A stretch of DNA of 63,937 nucleotides from a virus. Taxonomy: Duplodnaviria; Caudoviricetes. Made by a program: the position numbers and the translations under genes. This document shows, piece after piece, positions 17,061 through 26,914 of the stretch. The stretch covers positions 1 through 63,937 of IMG/VR virus record IMGVR_UViG_3300009507_000019; one strand, given 5' to 3'. Position 1 is the first letter of the stretch. Every line of letters starts with the position of its first letter. The notes beneath the pieces were generated by a model. It was not told the DNA's origin. It saw only the letters and a program-made list of their open reading frames with translations, and did no database searches.

Positions 17061-17984
17061 CTAGTTATTACGATATGCATATTCTACTGCTCTATCCGCT
17101 TCTACTTCAAGTGGACGATTAGTATACCAATTTCCGGTGTCAATGTCAAGCTGTCGACATAAATCCGCGATCTCACGTGCGGTGATTGGGTATCCACGAG
17201 TGATCGCTGTACCGGCAGTCGCGACCATAATTTGATACATCTTGTGATACCAACCTGTTTCTGAAATATACTGGTAATCTCTCGCCAGTGTTTTCGGAAA
17301 AAAAGGACAATCATGATAACTTGTCCATGTAAACTCTGTGTTGTTCATTGAGTTCTTCCGGTGTGCAACCACTGCCTTCTGTAACTCATCTGGTAGTCTA
17401 TCTAGGAAGTTTTTACCTTCCTTTTCTTTGTATGGGTGTTTACCTATGAGATAGTCCGCATCCACAGGTCGACCCTCGTTGCGCCATATGAAGTTGTATG
17501 CGTCCTCATACTTAGCGGGGACGTAATACATACGACTCAGATCCTTGGTCTGTTTATCACCTATCTCATTAAGTTCGGTGTTGAGTGCCCACCAGAACGC
17601 CTTGAGTTGATCCGACTCTACTTCTTCGCCCAGATTAAATACCAGTCGGAACTTGGGTTTATCCTCACGAGAACTCGCAGTACTATAACAGACAAAGTCC
17701 CAGTGTCCATAGTCCTCGACCAATCTGTCTTTCAACTTACCTGCGGGGATATCTATATCATCTACGTCTACTGCCGCCCACCCAGTCCAACACTCCACGT
17801 TCTTATTACTACGTGTAGTATCAACCGTGTACTTGGCAGGGCTGATCAATGGCGCAGTCGCCTTCGTATCCGGTTTGTCTGATAACATATACAACAGAGA
17901 CACGAACTCATCCCACGTCTCAAACGACATAGTCTTGTTCGTTTTGTTATCATAACGATTGCGGAATAAAGTTAGAGAGTACAT
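17061..17984 (-). CDS. AEP-superfamily primase/polymerase-like protein
   Basis: PLISPAKY, AAVDVDD, YSTASS..KPKFRLVF, DKQTKDLSRMYYVP. Confidence 0.7.
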   Translation of the reverse strand: MYSLTLFRNRYDNKTNKTMSFETWDEFVSLLYMLSDKPDTKATAPLISPAKYTVDTTRSNKNVECWTGWAAVDVDDIDIPAGKLKDRLVEDYGHWDFVCYSTASSREDKPKFRLVFNLGEEVESDQLKAFWWALNTELNEIGDKQTKDLSRMYYVPAKYEDAYNFIWRNEGRPVDADYLIGKHPYKEKEGKNFLDRLPDELQKAVVAHRKNSMNNTEFTWTSYHDCPFFPKTLARDYQYISETGWYHKMYQIMVATAGTAITRGYPITAREIADLCRQLDIDTGNWYTNRPLEVEADRAVEYAYRNN

Positions 17985-18553
17985 AACGCAATTTCATTCT
18001 TATACATTTGACCCTTCCATTCTTGATCGTAGGGAAATACCTGTATCGGTTTGTAATCAGTGTGTTTCAGTACGGTATGACGTACGGGTTTCTGATCCCA
18101 GTTATCAATCAGACATGCTTTGATACCTAGGTCTTGACACATAGTAGAGTCGAACTCCACTGCCCAAGGCTTATGATACCCGTCTATGAGAGCAAAGTCA
18201 AACCAATTCGTAAAGTTTTCTAACATATCATTCTGCACGTACTGAGTCTTACCTTTGATATGAGTAAACCGATTGCCATACACCTTGTTCATCTTGTCAA
18301 TCTGTTCGTAACGAAGTTTGGGATCGGGTACTTCTTTACCTAGGTTTTCTTCGATAGGGCCAATACAAACCAGATCCGCATCGGTGTACGTCTCCAGTTG
18401 GTAGGTCGTAGAATGTCCCCACAGGAAACCAATCTCCAATACCCGTTTGGGTTTGAAGTCTCGTTGTGCGGTTTGAAATGCCTCCATGATTTGGTCTGTG
18501 GGTGGCATGTAACCCCACCCGTCAGTAGGCCAAATTAAGTGGTCTAGATTCAT
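17972..18553 (-). CDS. Class I SAM-dependent methyltransferase (Methyltransf_24-like, small-molecule/sugar type)
   Basis: [26 protein letters not shown]. Confidence 0.85.
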   Translation of the reverse strand: MNLDHLIWPTDGWGYMPPTDQIMEAFQTAQRDFKPKRVLEIGFLWGHSTTYQLETYTDADLVCIGPIEENLGKEVPDPKLRYEQIDKMNKVYGNRFTHIKGKTQYVQNDMLENFTNWFDFALIDGYHKPWAVEFDSTMCQDLGIKACLIDNWDQKPVRHTVLKHTDYKPIQVFPYDQEWKGQMYKNEIALCTL

Positions 18554-20982
18554 ATCATAAAGTCCTCAAGGTTCACTCGTTCTTCCGCAGTCCACCCCAA
18601 CGCATCTAGGATAGGCGTGAGGGGATCTAGGAATGTCTTGTCAAACATTATACCATAATCTATCTTGGAATGCAAGTTTAGTTCCTTGGGTAGACCCATC
18701 GGGAACGAGATTACATTTTCTTTTATCTGGTTCGGAACTTTCAGATAGATGAACTTGATCTTCTCGCCATCCTGAATGTGTTCGTACTTTTCCGTCAGGT
18801 CACCCTTCTGTAACGCCTTGTTGTACAGTAACGCACCCCGCACATGGATAGGTGTACCCTTCTTGTAGGTCGTATCCTTGTCTTGCCACTTGGTCAGATT
18901 AGATATCCCACGAGGGAATGCAACGTCCTCTGGATCAAACTTAGAGAAGGTTCGACGGAAATCTGCGATACGTTTCTGTGTTGCACCCTCATCACCGGTG
19001 ACCATGAGACTAAACATCCTCTTCATCTCATCACGACACACAGACGGAGTCGACGACTTGATTGCCTCGATACCCATCATCTTGAGTTTGGGTTCTGCGT
19101 ACTGGACACCCTCGTTGTTGTGGACGTTCAGGATGTAACGTTTCTTCGCCATCCAGATACCACGGTCAGCAATAACCTCACGACCCATCTCCATACGATT
19201 CTCGTAGGCACTGGTTTCGGTTGCGAGACCTGCATAGGCATCTGCAATAATCTTTTCAAAATGTTCTGAACAGATCTTGTCGAGAAACTTCACTGGATCC
19301 TTGGGGTTGAACTTCTTGACCAGTTTGTCCATACCAATGTAGACAGAGTCAGTATCAATCGCGATCACGTAGTCTTCGTCAGTCTCCAGAAGATTGTTCA
19401 TCTCATCGTTGACTGCCTTCTCTGCGAGTTTGATCGCACGTTGACCAGACAGAGTCACACCCTCTGCGATACGGTGGTCGAAGTATCTGAACCATTTGTT
19501 CGCAAGTGCACCATAGAGTGAGTTCATAAGGATCTTGATACCCATCTGTTGGTTGTCAAGATTTGCGATCGCGTTCTCCAGTTTCTTGGTAGGGTTGTCC
19601 TCGTATTCTTGTTTCTTCTTCAACATCTCTTGTTTGATACTAACGCGATTGTTGTAGAACTTTTTAATGACCTTGGGAATCACACCGAGTTTGTCATGAG
19701 TGTACCGTACACCATTCGCAGCGAGTGCACCCTCTTCGAACCTAGGGGACAGTAGAGTCTCGGGAGACATGTTGTACTGTACAATGATGTTGGGATACAG
19801 AGAGTTCAAGTCAAACGACACCACCCAGTCATGACCACCAACATGCGGATCTTTCACGTAACCACCAATGATTTTACCCGCATCATAATCGATCGGGGGA
19901 CGGGGTGGAATTACCACGTTGTCCTGTAGAAGTTCATTGTAGATGATTGTATCCCAGATTGCGGTAGTACCCAGTGCATCACCATAGTTAGTCTTTGCAC
20001 CATAGGACATAGTCAACACCAGAGAGATAATACCAATCTTCTCCTCCAGTCGTTCGACCAACTCCACATCTTTGATGTTGTAGTCAATGAACTTCTGGTA
20101 GTCATTCTTGTACAGTGCGTTGAGAGAACCGTGTTCCTCATAAGACAGTTTGCGTTCACCTAGTACCACGTTGGCAATGTTGTCCAGTTTGTAGGACTCT
20201 TGTTGACCATAGGTGTTAAGGGTAAACTTCTTGAATAGATTGAGGTAATCCAGTTGGGAGATACCTTCAATCGCATATGCCTGTTGTTCACGTCCACCTA
20301 GGGTCATAACCGTCCTAGAACGCGCCAGTTTCCACGGAGAGAGACGTTTAGCATTATCCCACCCAAGTAGACCAGTAATTCGGTTAACAAGGTATGGTAT
20401 GTCGAACAACTCACTGTTCCAACCTGTCACGATGTCTGGATAGTTACCTTCCCACCAACCTAGGAACGAACCAAGAAGAGCACTCTCATCCGTACACTTG
20501 AAGTAAGAGGTATTCTCACGTGCATCATAATCACCAAGACCCCAGACCATACGTTGATCGGACTGATTGTTCTTGACACAGATAGCAGTGACGGGGTGTT
20601 CTGCATCCTCGGGGTTGGGGAAACCTTTATCGGACGCAACCTCGATATCGATATAACAGATGTTGATCTTGGACGTGTCCCATTTAAGATCATTTGGATA
20701 TCGATTGGAGATGAACTGCGAAACGTAGTTGGTGTTGCCGTGTACCGTGAAGTTCGGTATGTCTTTATATTGAGCAACAAACTCTTTCGCCTCTTTCATC
20801 GATCCCATCTCTACCGGTTCGACCTTCTTTCCGTAGAGAGAACGATACTTACCGGTAGCCTTGGGAGACTCGATGTAAAGAGTAGGGTTAAAGGGGATGC
20901 GATCGGAGATGCGTTGACCATCCTCGATGCCGCGGAGTAGTATATTGTTCCCGTAACGGGTCACATTGGTATAATATTTCAT
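18550..20982 (-). CDS. 43: Family B DNA polymerase (T4 gp43)
   Basis: [44 protein letters not shown]. Confidence 0.98.
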   Translation of the reverse strand: MKYYTNVTRYGNNILLRGIEDGQRISDRIPFNPTLYIESPKATGKYRSLYGKKVEPVEMGSMKEAKEFVAQYKDIPNFTVHGNTNYVSQFISNRYPNDLKWDTSKINICYIDIEVASDKGFPNPEDAEHPVTAICVKNNQSDQRMVWGLGDYDARENTSYFKCTDESALLGSFLGWWEGNYPDIVTGWNSELFDIPYLVNRITGLLGWDNAKRLSPWKLARSRTVMTLGGREQQAYAIEGISQLDYLNLFKKFTLNTYGQQESYKLDNIANVVLGERKLSYEEHGSLNALYKNDYQKFIDYNIKDVELVERLEEKIGIISLVLTMSYGAKTNYGDALGTTAIWDTIIYNELLQDNVVIPPRPPIDYDAGKIIGGYVKDPHVGGHDWVVSFDLNSLYPNIIVQYNMSPETLLSPRFEEGALAANGVRYTHDKLGVIPKVIKKFYNNRVSIKQEMLKKKQEYEDNPTKKLENAIANLDNQQMGIKILMNSLYGALANKWFRYFDHRIAEGVTLSGQRAIKLAEKAVNDEMNNLLETDEDYVIAIDTDSVYIGMDKLVKKFNPKDPVKFLDKICSEHFEKIIADAYAGLATETSAYENRMEMGREVIADRGIWMAKKRYILNVHNNEGVQYAEPKLKMMGIEAIKSSTPSVCRDEMKRMFSLMVTGDEGATQKRIADFRRTFSKFDPEDVAFPRGISNLTKWQDKDTTYKKGTPIHVRGALLYNKALQKGDLTEKYEHIQDGEKIKFIYLKVPNQIKENVISFPMGLPKELNLHSKIDYGIMFDKTFLDPLTPILDALGWTAEERVNLEDFMI

Positions 20983-20988
20983 GTACGC

Positions 20989-21017
20989 AGTATATCAAAT
21001 ACCGCCCTACTTGTCAA
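20989..21017 (-). promoter_or_regulatory. Sigma70 promoter TTGACA-17-(TGA)TATACT for gp43
   Basis: The -10 ends 6 nt before the ATG; no SD is present. Confidence 0.75.
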
Positions 21018-21729
21018 GCGTTATCCAAGAATAATCTGGGTGAACTTCTCTATCGTATTTGCGTTTACCTGTATCGGTAACGGTACCACCATAGGACTCA
21101 TCAATGATCTGAATGATCGGAGAATCCCATATTTTGAGTGGTTTAGTATATGCAGAACTCACGTCAACGTTCAGTCCTGTCTTATTACAGTACTCAGGAT
21201 TCTTGAATCGGTTTGCAGGCCAGTAAGTGTTGGGGTGGGTATTGTTTTTAGAACGACAATACTTATCGGTCACAACATGCAACAACTGCATCGGGCCACG
21301 TGTGTATCCTTTTTCAAACTCCTTACAGTACATGTCCGCGATCTTAGGTGTAGTAGTCCAGAACTCGTTTGCCATACCCAATTGTAGAGAAGAGTCTTTG
21401 GATGTCCACTTAGACATGATCATGCGAAAGGTATCTTCACACTCTGGTCTCAGGTATGCATCATGTTCCAACATCCATATACGTTCACCCCGTGACATGC
21501 GTTTTGCTGCACGATAGTGAGAGTGGAACGCCGCAAGTTCCTGTGGTGATCTATCAGAGAGATCGTTGTTGACCCCTTTCAGTAATGTGTCAGGGGTGAT
21601 ACATTGTACCACCGTCACCTCAAAGATGTCTGACACACGTTGAAAGGATTCTAAAGCCACCTGCATGTACTTCACTGCAAGTGGATTACCAAAGTCGACA
21701 TTCATGATGCCGCGTGCTATACCTCGCAT
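21007..21729 (-). CDS. Glycosyltransferase family 25-like protein
   Basis: ELAAFHSHY...IWMLEHDA motif. Confidence 0.65.
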   Translation of the reverse strand: MRGIARGIMNVDFGNPLAVKYMQVALESFQRVSDIFEVTVVQCITPDTLLKGVNNDLSDRSPQELAAFHSHYRAAKRMSRGERIWMLEHDAYLRPECEDTFRMIMSKWTSKDSSLQLGMANEFWTTTPKIADMYCKEFEKGYTRGPMQLLHVVTDKYCRSKNNTHPNTYWPANRFKNPEYCNKTGLNVDVSSAYTKPLKIWDSPIIQIIDESYGGTVTDTGKRKYDREVHPDYSWITLDK

Positions 21730-22079
21730 TATGCTTTAGAACCTAACACTCTTCGTACGATATCATTATGGTTGAACTCTGCCCAATACAACTCGAACGC
21801 AACCCCATCTTTGGTACCTTCAAACTGGTGAATCTGACCCGGCTTTACCTGAGTATACTCACCTGCCTTTAGAACTGTTTCATCGACCAGACCGTCTTGG
21901 TCTCCATCTTGCCAGACGCGTACTATCATCTCGCCGGACTCACAGAAGAATCCATTCCACTTATATTCGTGTAGATGTTCCGAACACTTGAAACCTTTCT
22001 TAAACTCTATTCTATGGAACTCTAGTACACCGTTTGCTGCGACTAGTTCTGTTTGTCCCCACAATTTCCCTGCTTTCAT
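21729..22079 (-). CDS. Cupin-domain protein
   Basis: GKLWG, CSEHLHEYKWNGF, VKPGQIHQF, ELYW. Confidence 0.8.
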   Translation of the reverse strand: MKAGKLWGQTELVAANGVLEFHRIEFKKGFKCSEHLHEYKWNGFFCESGEMIVRVWQDGDQDGLVDETVLKAGEYTQVKPGQIHQFEGTKDGVAFELYWAEFNHNDIVRRVLGSKA

Positions 22080-22315
22080 AACAACTCCCTCAATTCAGTA
22101 TAACCACCAATATAATTCCACTGGTCTTCTTCTACGGTAAAGATCTGCGGAACCGTCCGAAACTCTTGACCCGCGACTTCCATAAGACGATCTTGTTCCG
22201 CAGGGGCAACCTGCGTCAAACAGAGATATTCATAATGGAGTTGTTTATCGGTACAGAGTTGTTTTGCCTGTTTACAATACCCACAAGCTGGAGTTCCTAA
22301 AATAACGTATTTCAT
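22076..22315 (-). CDS. nrdC: Glutaredoxin
   Basis: CGYC, RTVPQIF, YIGGYTEL. Confidence 0.9.
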   Translation of the reverse strand: MKYVILGTPACGYCKQAKQLCTDKQLHYEYLCLTQVAPAEQDRLMEVAGQEFRTVPQIFTVEEDQWNYIGGYTELRELL

Positions 22316-22354
22316 AAGATCACCTTTTCAATTCACTTGTTATATCTAGACAAT

Positions 22355-22382
22355 AAAAAAGAGAGGGTTTTTATGCCCTCTC
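22355..22382 (-). terminator. Rho-independent terminator after the hsp20 operon
   Basis: GAGAGGG...CCCTCTC followed by T6. Confidence 0.8.
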
Positions 22383-22392
22383 TCCATACTAC

Positions 22393-22683
22393 TTAGCTAC
22401 TGGTCTTTTCACTTTTCTCATCATCATGATCGTCTGTTTTTTCGACCCAGAACTGCTTTATCTCAAAATTGATTTTGTAATCAACTTCAGGCAGCATGGG
22501 CTTATGAACGACACTGAGTAACTCACGAAGTTCTTGATCGAACTCCCTTTGTAACTCAAGTTGAGAAACATGCAGTAGATCCGAAGACAAACGTCTTGCA
22601 GTTACTGTCAGTTCTTCAATGTCGCTAGCAGTCGCAAATGAAGAGAGGAAAGTTAGTCCAACCAAGATTAGACTTTTCCTCAT
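22393..22683 (-). CDS. Small secreted protein with TonB-box-like motif
   Basis: Signal peptide ending SFATA, then SDIEELTVTARR; SD GGAGGAG. Confidence 0.7.
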   Translation of the reverse strand: MRKSLILVGLTFLSSFATASDIEELTVTARRLSSDLLHVSQLELQREFDQELRELLSVVHKPMLPEVDYKINFEIKQFWVEKTDDHDDEKSEKTSS

Positions 22684-22697
22684 GATACTCCTCCGAG

Positions 22698-23135
22698 TTA
22701 TCCTATTTGGATGTTACGGGGACGCTTCTCTTCCGGAAGTTCTACTTTCAGTTTAATGACTAGTAGTCCATCCAAAAAGTCAGCTCCATCTACAACAACA
22801 TGTTCTGACAATCTAAAGGTTCTTTGGAACTTCTTCGTTGATATTCCCTTGTGGATATACTCACGATTATTATCGCTTTCATCGACGGTCTCACGACCTT
22901 GGGCTACAACAAAAAGAATCCCTTCGCGTACTTCTACGGTCAGATCTTCTTTTTTATATCCCGCCAAAGCGAGTTCAACACTAAACTCATCTTCAGAATG
23001 ACGAACGACATTGTGCGGAGGATAGAGTTTTCCATTTGAGCCATTGGCTACATCTGAAAGTTTCTCTATTTCCGACCATACGTGGTCAAATCCAATAAAG
23101 TGCGAACGTGGGAAAGTAAATGCTTTAGTTACCAT
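22698..23135 (-). CDS. hsp20: Small heat-shock protein Hsp20 (IbpA-like)
   Basis: IGFD, YPPHNV, ELALAG, YIHKGISTKKFQRTFRL, DGLL, PEEKRPR. Confidence 0.95.
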   Translation of the reverse strand: MVTKAFTFPRSHFIGFDHVWSEIEKLSDVANGSNGKLYPPHNVVRHSEDEFSVELALAGYKKEDLTVEVREGILFVVAQGRETVDESDNNREYIHKGISTKKFQRTFRLSEHVVVDGADFLDGLLVIKLKVELPEEKRPRNIQIG

Positions 23136-23197
23136 AACGGTTTCTCCTTTTATTAAAGCGAGGTGTTGTTAGTGTGACCGGAACCATTCCGCATCAC
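23136..23197 (-). promoter_or_regulatory. ROSE-like RNA thermometer in the hsp20 leader
   Basis: CUC-G-CUUU/AAAGGAG hairpin with bulged G (UCGCU signature) covering the SD, preceded by a second hairpin. Confidence 0.65.
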
Positions 23198-23202
23198 GAG
23201 TG

Positions 23203-23233
23203 TATTTATAACATATTTTTACTGTAAAAGCAA
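23203..23233 (-). promoter_or_regulatory. Overlapping late (TATAAATA) and sigma70-like (TTGCTT-17-TATAAA) promoter for hsp20
   Basis: TATTTATA at 23203-23210; AAGCAA at 23228-23233. Confidence 0.65.
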
Positions 23234-23258
23234 GTAATGTTACATTTTTTTTACAGTA

Positions 23259-23792
23259 TTACCACGGTACCATAGTATCCAATATGTTTTTAGGATCGGT
23301 TTCTCCATAGGGATCGTCGCTTGCATTATCCTGATAGCCGGGTTCTACCCATGACTGGACAACTTCCATATCATTTATCAGTACTGCATATCGCCACGAT
23401 CTTTGACCGAATCCGATATTGTCTTTATTTACGAGCATTCCCATTTGGCGAGTGAACTGTGCAGATCCGTCAGGTAGAACCTTAACGTTTTCTAGACCCT
23501 GATCCTTTGCCCATGCGTTCATCACGAATGAATCGTTTACTGACATACAGTAGATTTCATCAACACCCGCAGCTCGGAATTGGGGATACAACTCCTCAAA
23601 GCCAGGCAATTGATAGGTCGAACACGTTGGAGTAAATGCGCCAGGCAGAGAGAAAAGAACTGTTTTCTTGCCTTTAAATAATGACTCTGTTGTGACGTTC
23701 TCCCACTTGTGACTTACTCCGTTGATAGGACAGACTGCTGTTGAGTCTGGAACACGGGTCATAAGGGAAACACTTGGTACATCTGTTCTCAT
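23259..23792 (-). CDS. Peroxiredoxin (Prx5-like)
   Basis: LPGAFTPTCS, SVNDSFVMNAW, RSWRYA. Confidence 0.95.
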   Translation of the reverse strand: MRTDVPSVSLMTRVPDSTAVCPINGVSHKWENVTTESLFKGKKTVLFSLPGAFTPTCSTYQLPGFEELYPQFRAAGVDEIYCMSVNDSFVMNAWAKDQGLENVKVLPDGSAQFTRQMGMLVNKDNIGFGQRSWRYAVLINDMEVVQSWVEPGYQDNASDDPYGETDPKNILDTMVPW

Positions 23793-24319
23793 AATATATC
23801 CTTAACATAAGTTGATGGGTCGGGTTGTTGTTCAACACCAAACGAGAACGTGACCCTTGAGTTCTCAGTGATGATCTGGTGATGAGTTCCTCTAGGTATC
23901 CAGACACAATCGCCTGGCACAAATGATCGAGGTTCATCTTCATAATTCGTATTCTCTACACGAATCTTTATCTCCCCTAACACTTGAACAAGGAACACAT
24001 CCATCTTGTCTTTGTGCCAAGGATAACTGTCACAGTCTCTACCGAACCCAAAGAAACAGATATTTGTGATCGGGTTCTTGTAGAACATCTCTTCCATCCT
24101 CTTCACAGTTTCTTTTGAAAACGTTGGAGAAGATGGTCTCTTGTGAGAGTTCTTCAAGAAAAACCGCATCTTATCTTTGTGATGATCAATAATCTCTGTG
24201 GGATGTGTGTCAAGAAACCTCAACGCACTATCCCAGTTCCAGAGATCTGCATCTGCAAACCAACCAAATGTCGGTGTACGATTTGTTATCTGTTCCCTAG
24301 TGGGAAGGGTTTGACTCAT
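23789..24319 (-). CDS. JmjC/cupin-4 (RoxA-like) 2OG oxygenase
   Basis: WHKDKMDVFLVQVLG, PGDCVWIPRGTHH. Confidence 0.8.
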   Translation of the reverse strand: MSQTLPTREQITNRTPTFGWFADADLWNWDSALRFLDTHPTEIIDHHKDKMRFFLKNSHKRPSSPTFSKETVKRMEEMFYKNPITNICFFGFGRDCDSYPWHKDKMDVFLVQVLGEIKIRVENTNYEDEPRSFVPGDCVWIPRGTHHQIITENSRVTFSFGVEQQPDPSTYVKDIL

Positions 24320-24720
24320 CTAGTACCAATATTATATTTGGGACACAAACTCCATTCGTCTTTTTCCTTGAAACCAATGATCTTGATTTGTCGGAGTGGT
24401 GCACAGTCTGCGGCTTGGTTAGGGTCAACGATCTGAACTAATCCCCAATCTGCCAATAACGTTGTGATACTATTACGTCTTTGGAGATCTGACAACTCTA
24501 GATTAGATTTCTTACCGTCAAGTAAAAATAACTCTTTGAAGTGTACTATGAAGTACCGACCCTGTTTGTGTAGAATATGACAAGACTGGTACAACTTCTT
24601 TTCACGTCGACTCGCTACGCCTATGCGGGTGAGTGTCTCGCGTACCTTCAAAAAATCATCTGGTTCATTTAGGACGATCTCTAACATGTCGTCCGGTGTC
24701 CATGGCTTAGTTTCTTCCAC
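24316..24720 (-). CDS. regA: Translational repressor RegA
   Basis: DFLKVRETLTRIGVAS, LYQSCHILHKQGRYFIVHFKELF. Confidence 0.97.
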   Translation of the reverse strand: MEETKPWTPDDMLEIVLNEPDDFLKVRETLTRIGVASRREKKLYQSCHILHKQGRYFIVHFKELFLLDGKKSNLELSDLQRRNSITTLLADWGLVQIVDPNQAADCAPLRQIKIIGFKEKDEWSLCPKYNIGTR

Positions 24721-25090
24721 CTTTATATATCCTCGCTTTTATCTCTTTTAGTTGAGGAGGTGATAATAGATCCAAGATGGACTTTGCTTTAGCATTGCTA
24801 TATCCATAATATTCCTTTACCGCATCCAAGTCTTCAATTTCAGACGGTTTGTTCCATTTGGAGAACCGTTTTCTTTTTCTAATTATATTTAGTAAAAAGT
24901 CGAATTGAAGCTTATTGTCGAGAATTGAATACTGATTCATGACATTGGCTGCCTGAACAGTATCTGCGAAGTATGACAAAGTGCCATTGGTTATGTAAGG
25001 CAGATATTCTGCCTCAGTTTCTTTACTAACGATCAGGTCTTTCTTGCTGTAATTGATCGCAGTAATGTAGTCAAAAGGTTTGTTACTCAT
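24707..25090 (-). CDS. 62: Clamp loader small subunit (gp62)
   Basis: QFDFLLNIIRKRKRFSKW, VKEYYGYS. Confidence 0.92.
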   Translation of the reverse strand: MSNKPFDYITAINYSKKDLIVSKETEAEYLPYITNGTLSYFADTVQAANVMNQYSILDNKLQFDFLLNIIRKRKRFSKWNKPSEIEDLDAVKEYYGYSNAKAKSILDLLSPPQLKEIKARIYKGGRN

Positions 25091-25874
25091 AAGGATACCC
25101 GTAATCACGTATATCAGTGTTTAAGTCTATAATGTATTGTAACAGATCTGTGTTCGCATAACAAGCTTTACCCATCTCATTTAGCGCACTCATATCCTTG
25201 GGGAAACAATGACCACCATAACCAAACTCACCGTCAGGGCCAGGCACCTGTGTGTGACTCTCTCCTACCCTAGGATCAGTACACACGGCATCGATCATGA
25301 TATCAAAGTCATGGAACCCTGCCATGTTATAGAGATGGTGAATCTGATTAAAGAACGTGACCTTGGTTGCGAGGAAACAGTTCAACACATACTTTGCAAA
25401 TGCAGCCTGTTCGAGCGACACAAACTTCACTGTCTTCAGTCGCCATAGAACAGGTTTGAATAGTTCATGCCAGAATCGCATGTGACCACCGCCATAGATT
25501 GCAAACTCACTTTCTAAGAACTCTTCAGTAGGATCTGCACCGGTAGTACCTTTTAGAAACTCGGGACAGAATGTCACATCAGGGCCACAGTTCTGTCTCA
25601 ACCACACAGGATCGGTGGTAGACTTGATCATGATCTTAGAACCTTCGTACTTTTCCATGACATCTCTGACATTATCTGTAACGCACTTTCCGGTCAGAGG
25701 ATCCATAGGTGTGGCCACACAGATGATAACGCCATCCGGTGGTGTTAGTCCGTCAGGATTGTAATTGTGTCCTAGAAAAGGGTCATCGATAAACAACTCT
25801 ACGTCAGGATGATTCCTCAACGCAGACGCAGTTGCCTTACCTACAGGGCCGTACCCCGCAACAATTATTTTCAT
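25083..25874 (-). CDS. UDP-glucose 6-dehydrogenase-like protein lacking the C-terminal domain
   Basis: GYGPVG, ICVATP, IKST, CPEFL, KYVLNCFLATKVTFFN, DPRVG, GYGGHCFPKD. Confidence 0.85.
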   Translation of the reverse strand: MKIIVAGYGPVGKATASALRNHPDVELFIDDPFLGHNYNPDGLTPPDGVIICVATPMDPLTGKCVTDNVRDVMEKYEGSKIMIKSTTDPVWLRQNCGPDVTFCPEFLKGTTGADPTEEFLESEFAIYGGGHMRFWHELFKPVLWRLKTVKFVSLEQAAFAKYVLNCFLATKVTFFNQIHHLYNMAGFHDFDIMIDAVCTDPRVGESHTQVPGPDGEFGYGGHCFPKDMSALNEMGKACYANTDLLQYIIDLNTDIRDYGYPYE

Positions 25875-26809
25875 TTTAACTCCACATTCGCCATGACTTC
25901 AGTGAGACAGGCGACCATATTCAATTCATGATCAGCAACAAACGCATCCTTGTATTGGTAGTCCGCAAGGATCAATACTAACTGAGGGATAGATTGTTGA
26001 TCGATGTTTTCGAACATCTGATCGTATATAGTGCGGAAGATAACAGATGAATCTACGTCAATGTTATTGGTGACCCACTGACGCATGACCTTGAAGTTCT
26101 TCTCCTTCAGGGACTTGTACAGAACCTCGTAGGATGCATCGGTCTTGTTCAGGTTACCAATACTCAGAGTACCACCGATAGATGCACGTTGTAACTCATT
26201 GAGTATACGTCTCCAGTCGGGTGCGTGTTTCATGATCAGTTCTGCGACTTCTTGTTCGTTCTCCAACTCGACCTTCTCGGTCTTGAGGATTTCCGTCACA
26301 CGTTTCATGAAGTCGCCACACAGAGGTGCCATAGACTTCTTGTTGGTATTGAACTCATACACACCACAACGAGAGTGGAGAGGTTCGATGATACGGTTTT
26401 TGAAGTTGCATGTCATGATGAATCGACAGTTGTCTGAGAACTCTTCGATAAATCCACGCAGTGCGGGTTGAGTAGAACGTGGGTTGAGGTAATCTGCCTC
26501 ATCTAGGATAACAACCTTGTAACCACCCATCAAGGATACAGATGACGCAAAACGTCGAATCTTATCACGTAGGGTATCGATGTTACCATCTTCTGAACCG
26601 TTGATTAAGATATAGTCCAGATCGAGTACATTACACAATGCACGTGCGACCGTAGTCTTACCTAGACCCGCAGTACCCGTGAACAACATGTTTGGTAGTT
26701 CACCGGTTTCTAGAATCTCTTTGAATGTTTTCTTTAGGTTGGCAGGTAGAATGCAGTCGTTGATAGTTTGAGGGCGGTACTTCTCACACCAGAGAAAGGT
26801 ATCTGTCAT
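25871..26809 (-). CDS. 44: Clamp loader large subunit (gp44)
   Basis: WCEKYRP, GTAGLGKTT, LDEADYL, PLHSRC. Confidence 0.97.
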   Translation of the reverse strand: MTDTFLWCEKYRPQTINDCILPANLKKTFKEILETGELPNMLFTGTAGLGKTTVARALCNVLDLDYILINGSEDGNIDTLRDKIRRFASSVSLMGGYKVVILDEADYLNPRSTQPALRGFIEEFSDNCRFIMTCNFKNRIIEPLHSRCGVYEFNTNKKSMAPLCGDFMKRVTEILKTEKVELENEQEVAELIMKHAPDWRRILNELQRASIGGTLSIGNLNKTDASYEVLYKSLKEKNFKVMRQWVTNNIDVDSSVIFRTIYDQMFENIDQQSIPQLVLILADYQYKDAFVADHELNMVACLTEVMANVELK

Positions 26810-26856
26810 AGTCAATTTCCATAATAAAATAAATAATAATGTATACTACAATGTAC

Positions 26857-26885
26857 ATTGTACAGTATATGAAACAAATAGTCAA
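26857..26885 (-). promoter_or_regulatory. Sigma70 promoter TTGACT-17-TACAAT for gp44
   Basis: Correct spacing, immediately after a terminator. Confidence 0.7.
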
Positions 26886-26886
26886 G

Positions 26887-26908
26887 AAAAAAGGGAACCG
26901 AAGTTCCC
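26887..26908 (-). terminator. Rho-independent terminator with UUCG loop
   Basis: GGGAAC-TTCG-GTTCCC followed by T6. Confidence 0.9.
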
Positions 26909-26914
26909 CATCTC

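Noticed and set aside
17972-18553. Cognate DNA methyltransferase for the EcoRI-like enzyme
   Set aside because: Lacks the (D/N)PP(Y/F) or PC catalytic motifs; the IDGxH signature indicates a small-molecule/sugar O-methyltransferase.
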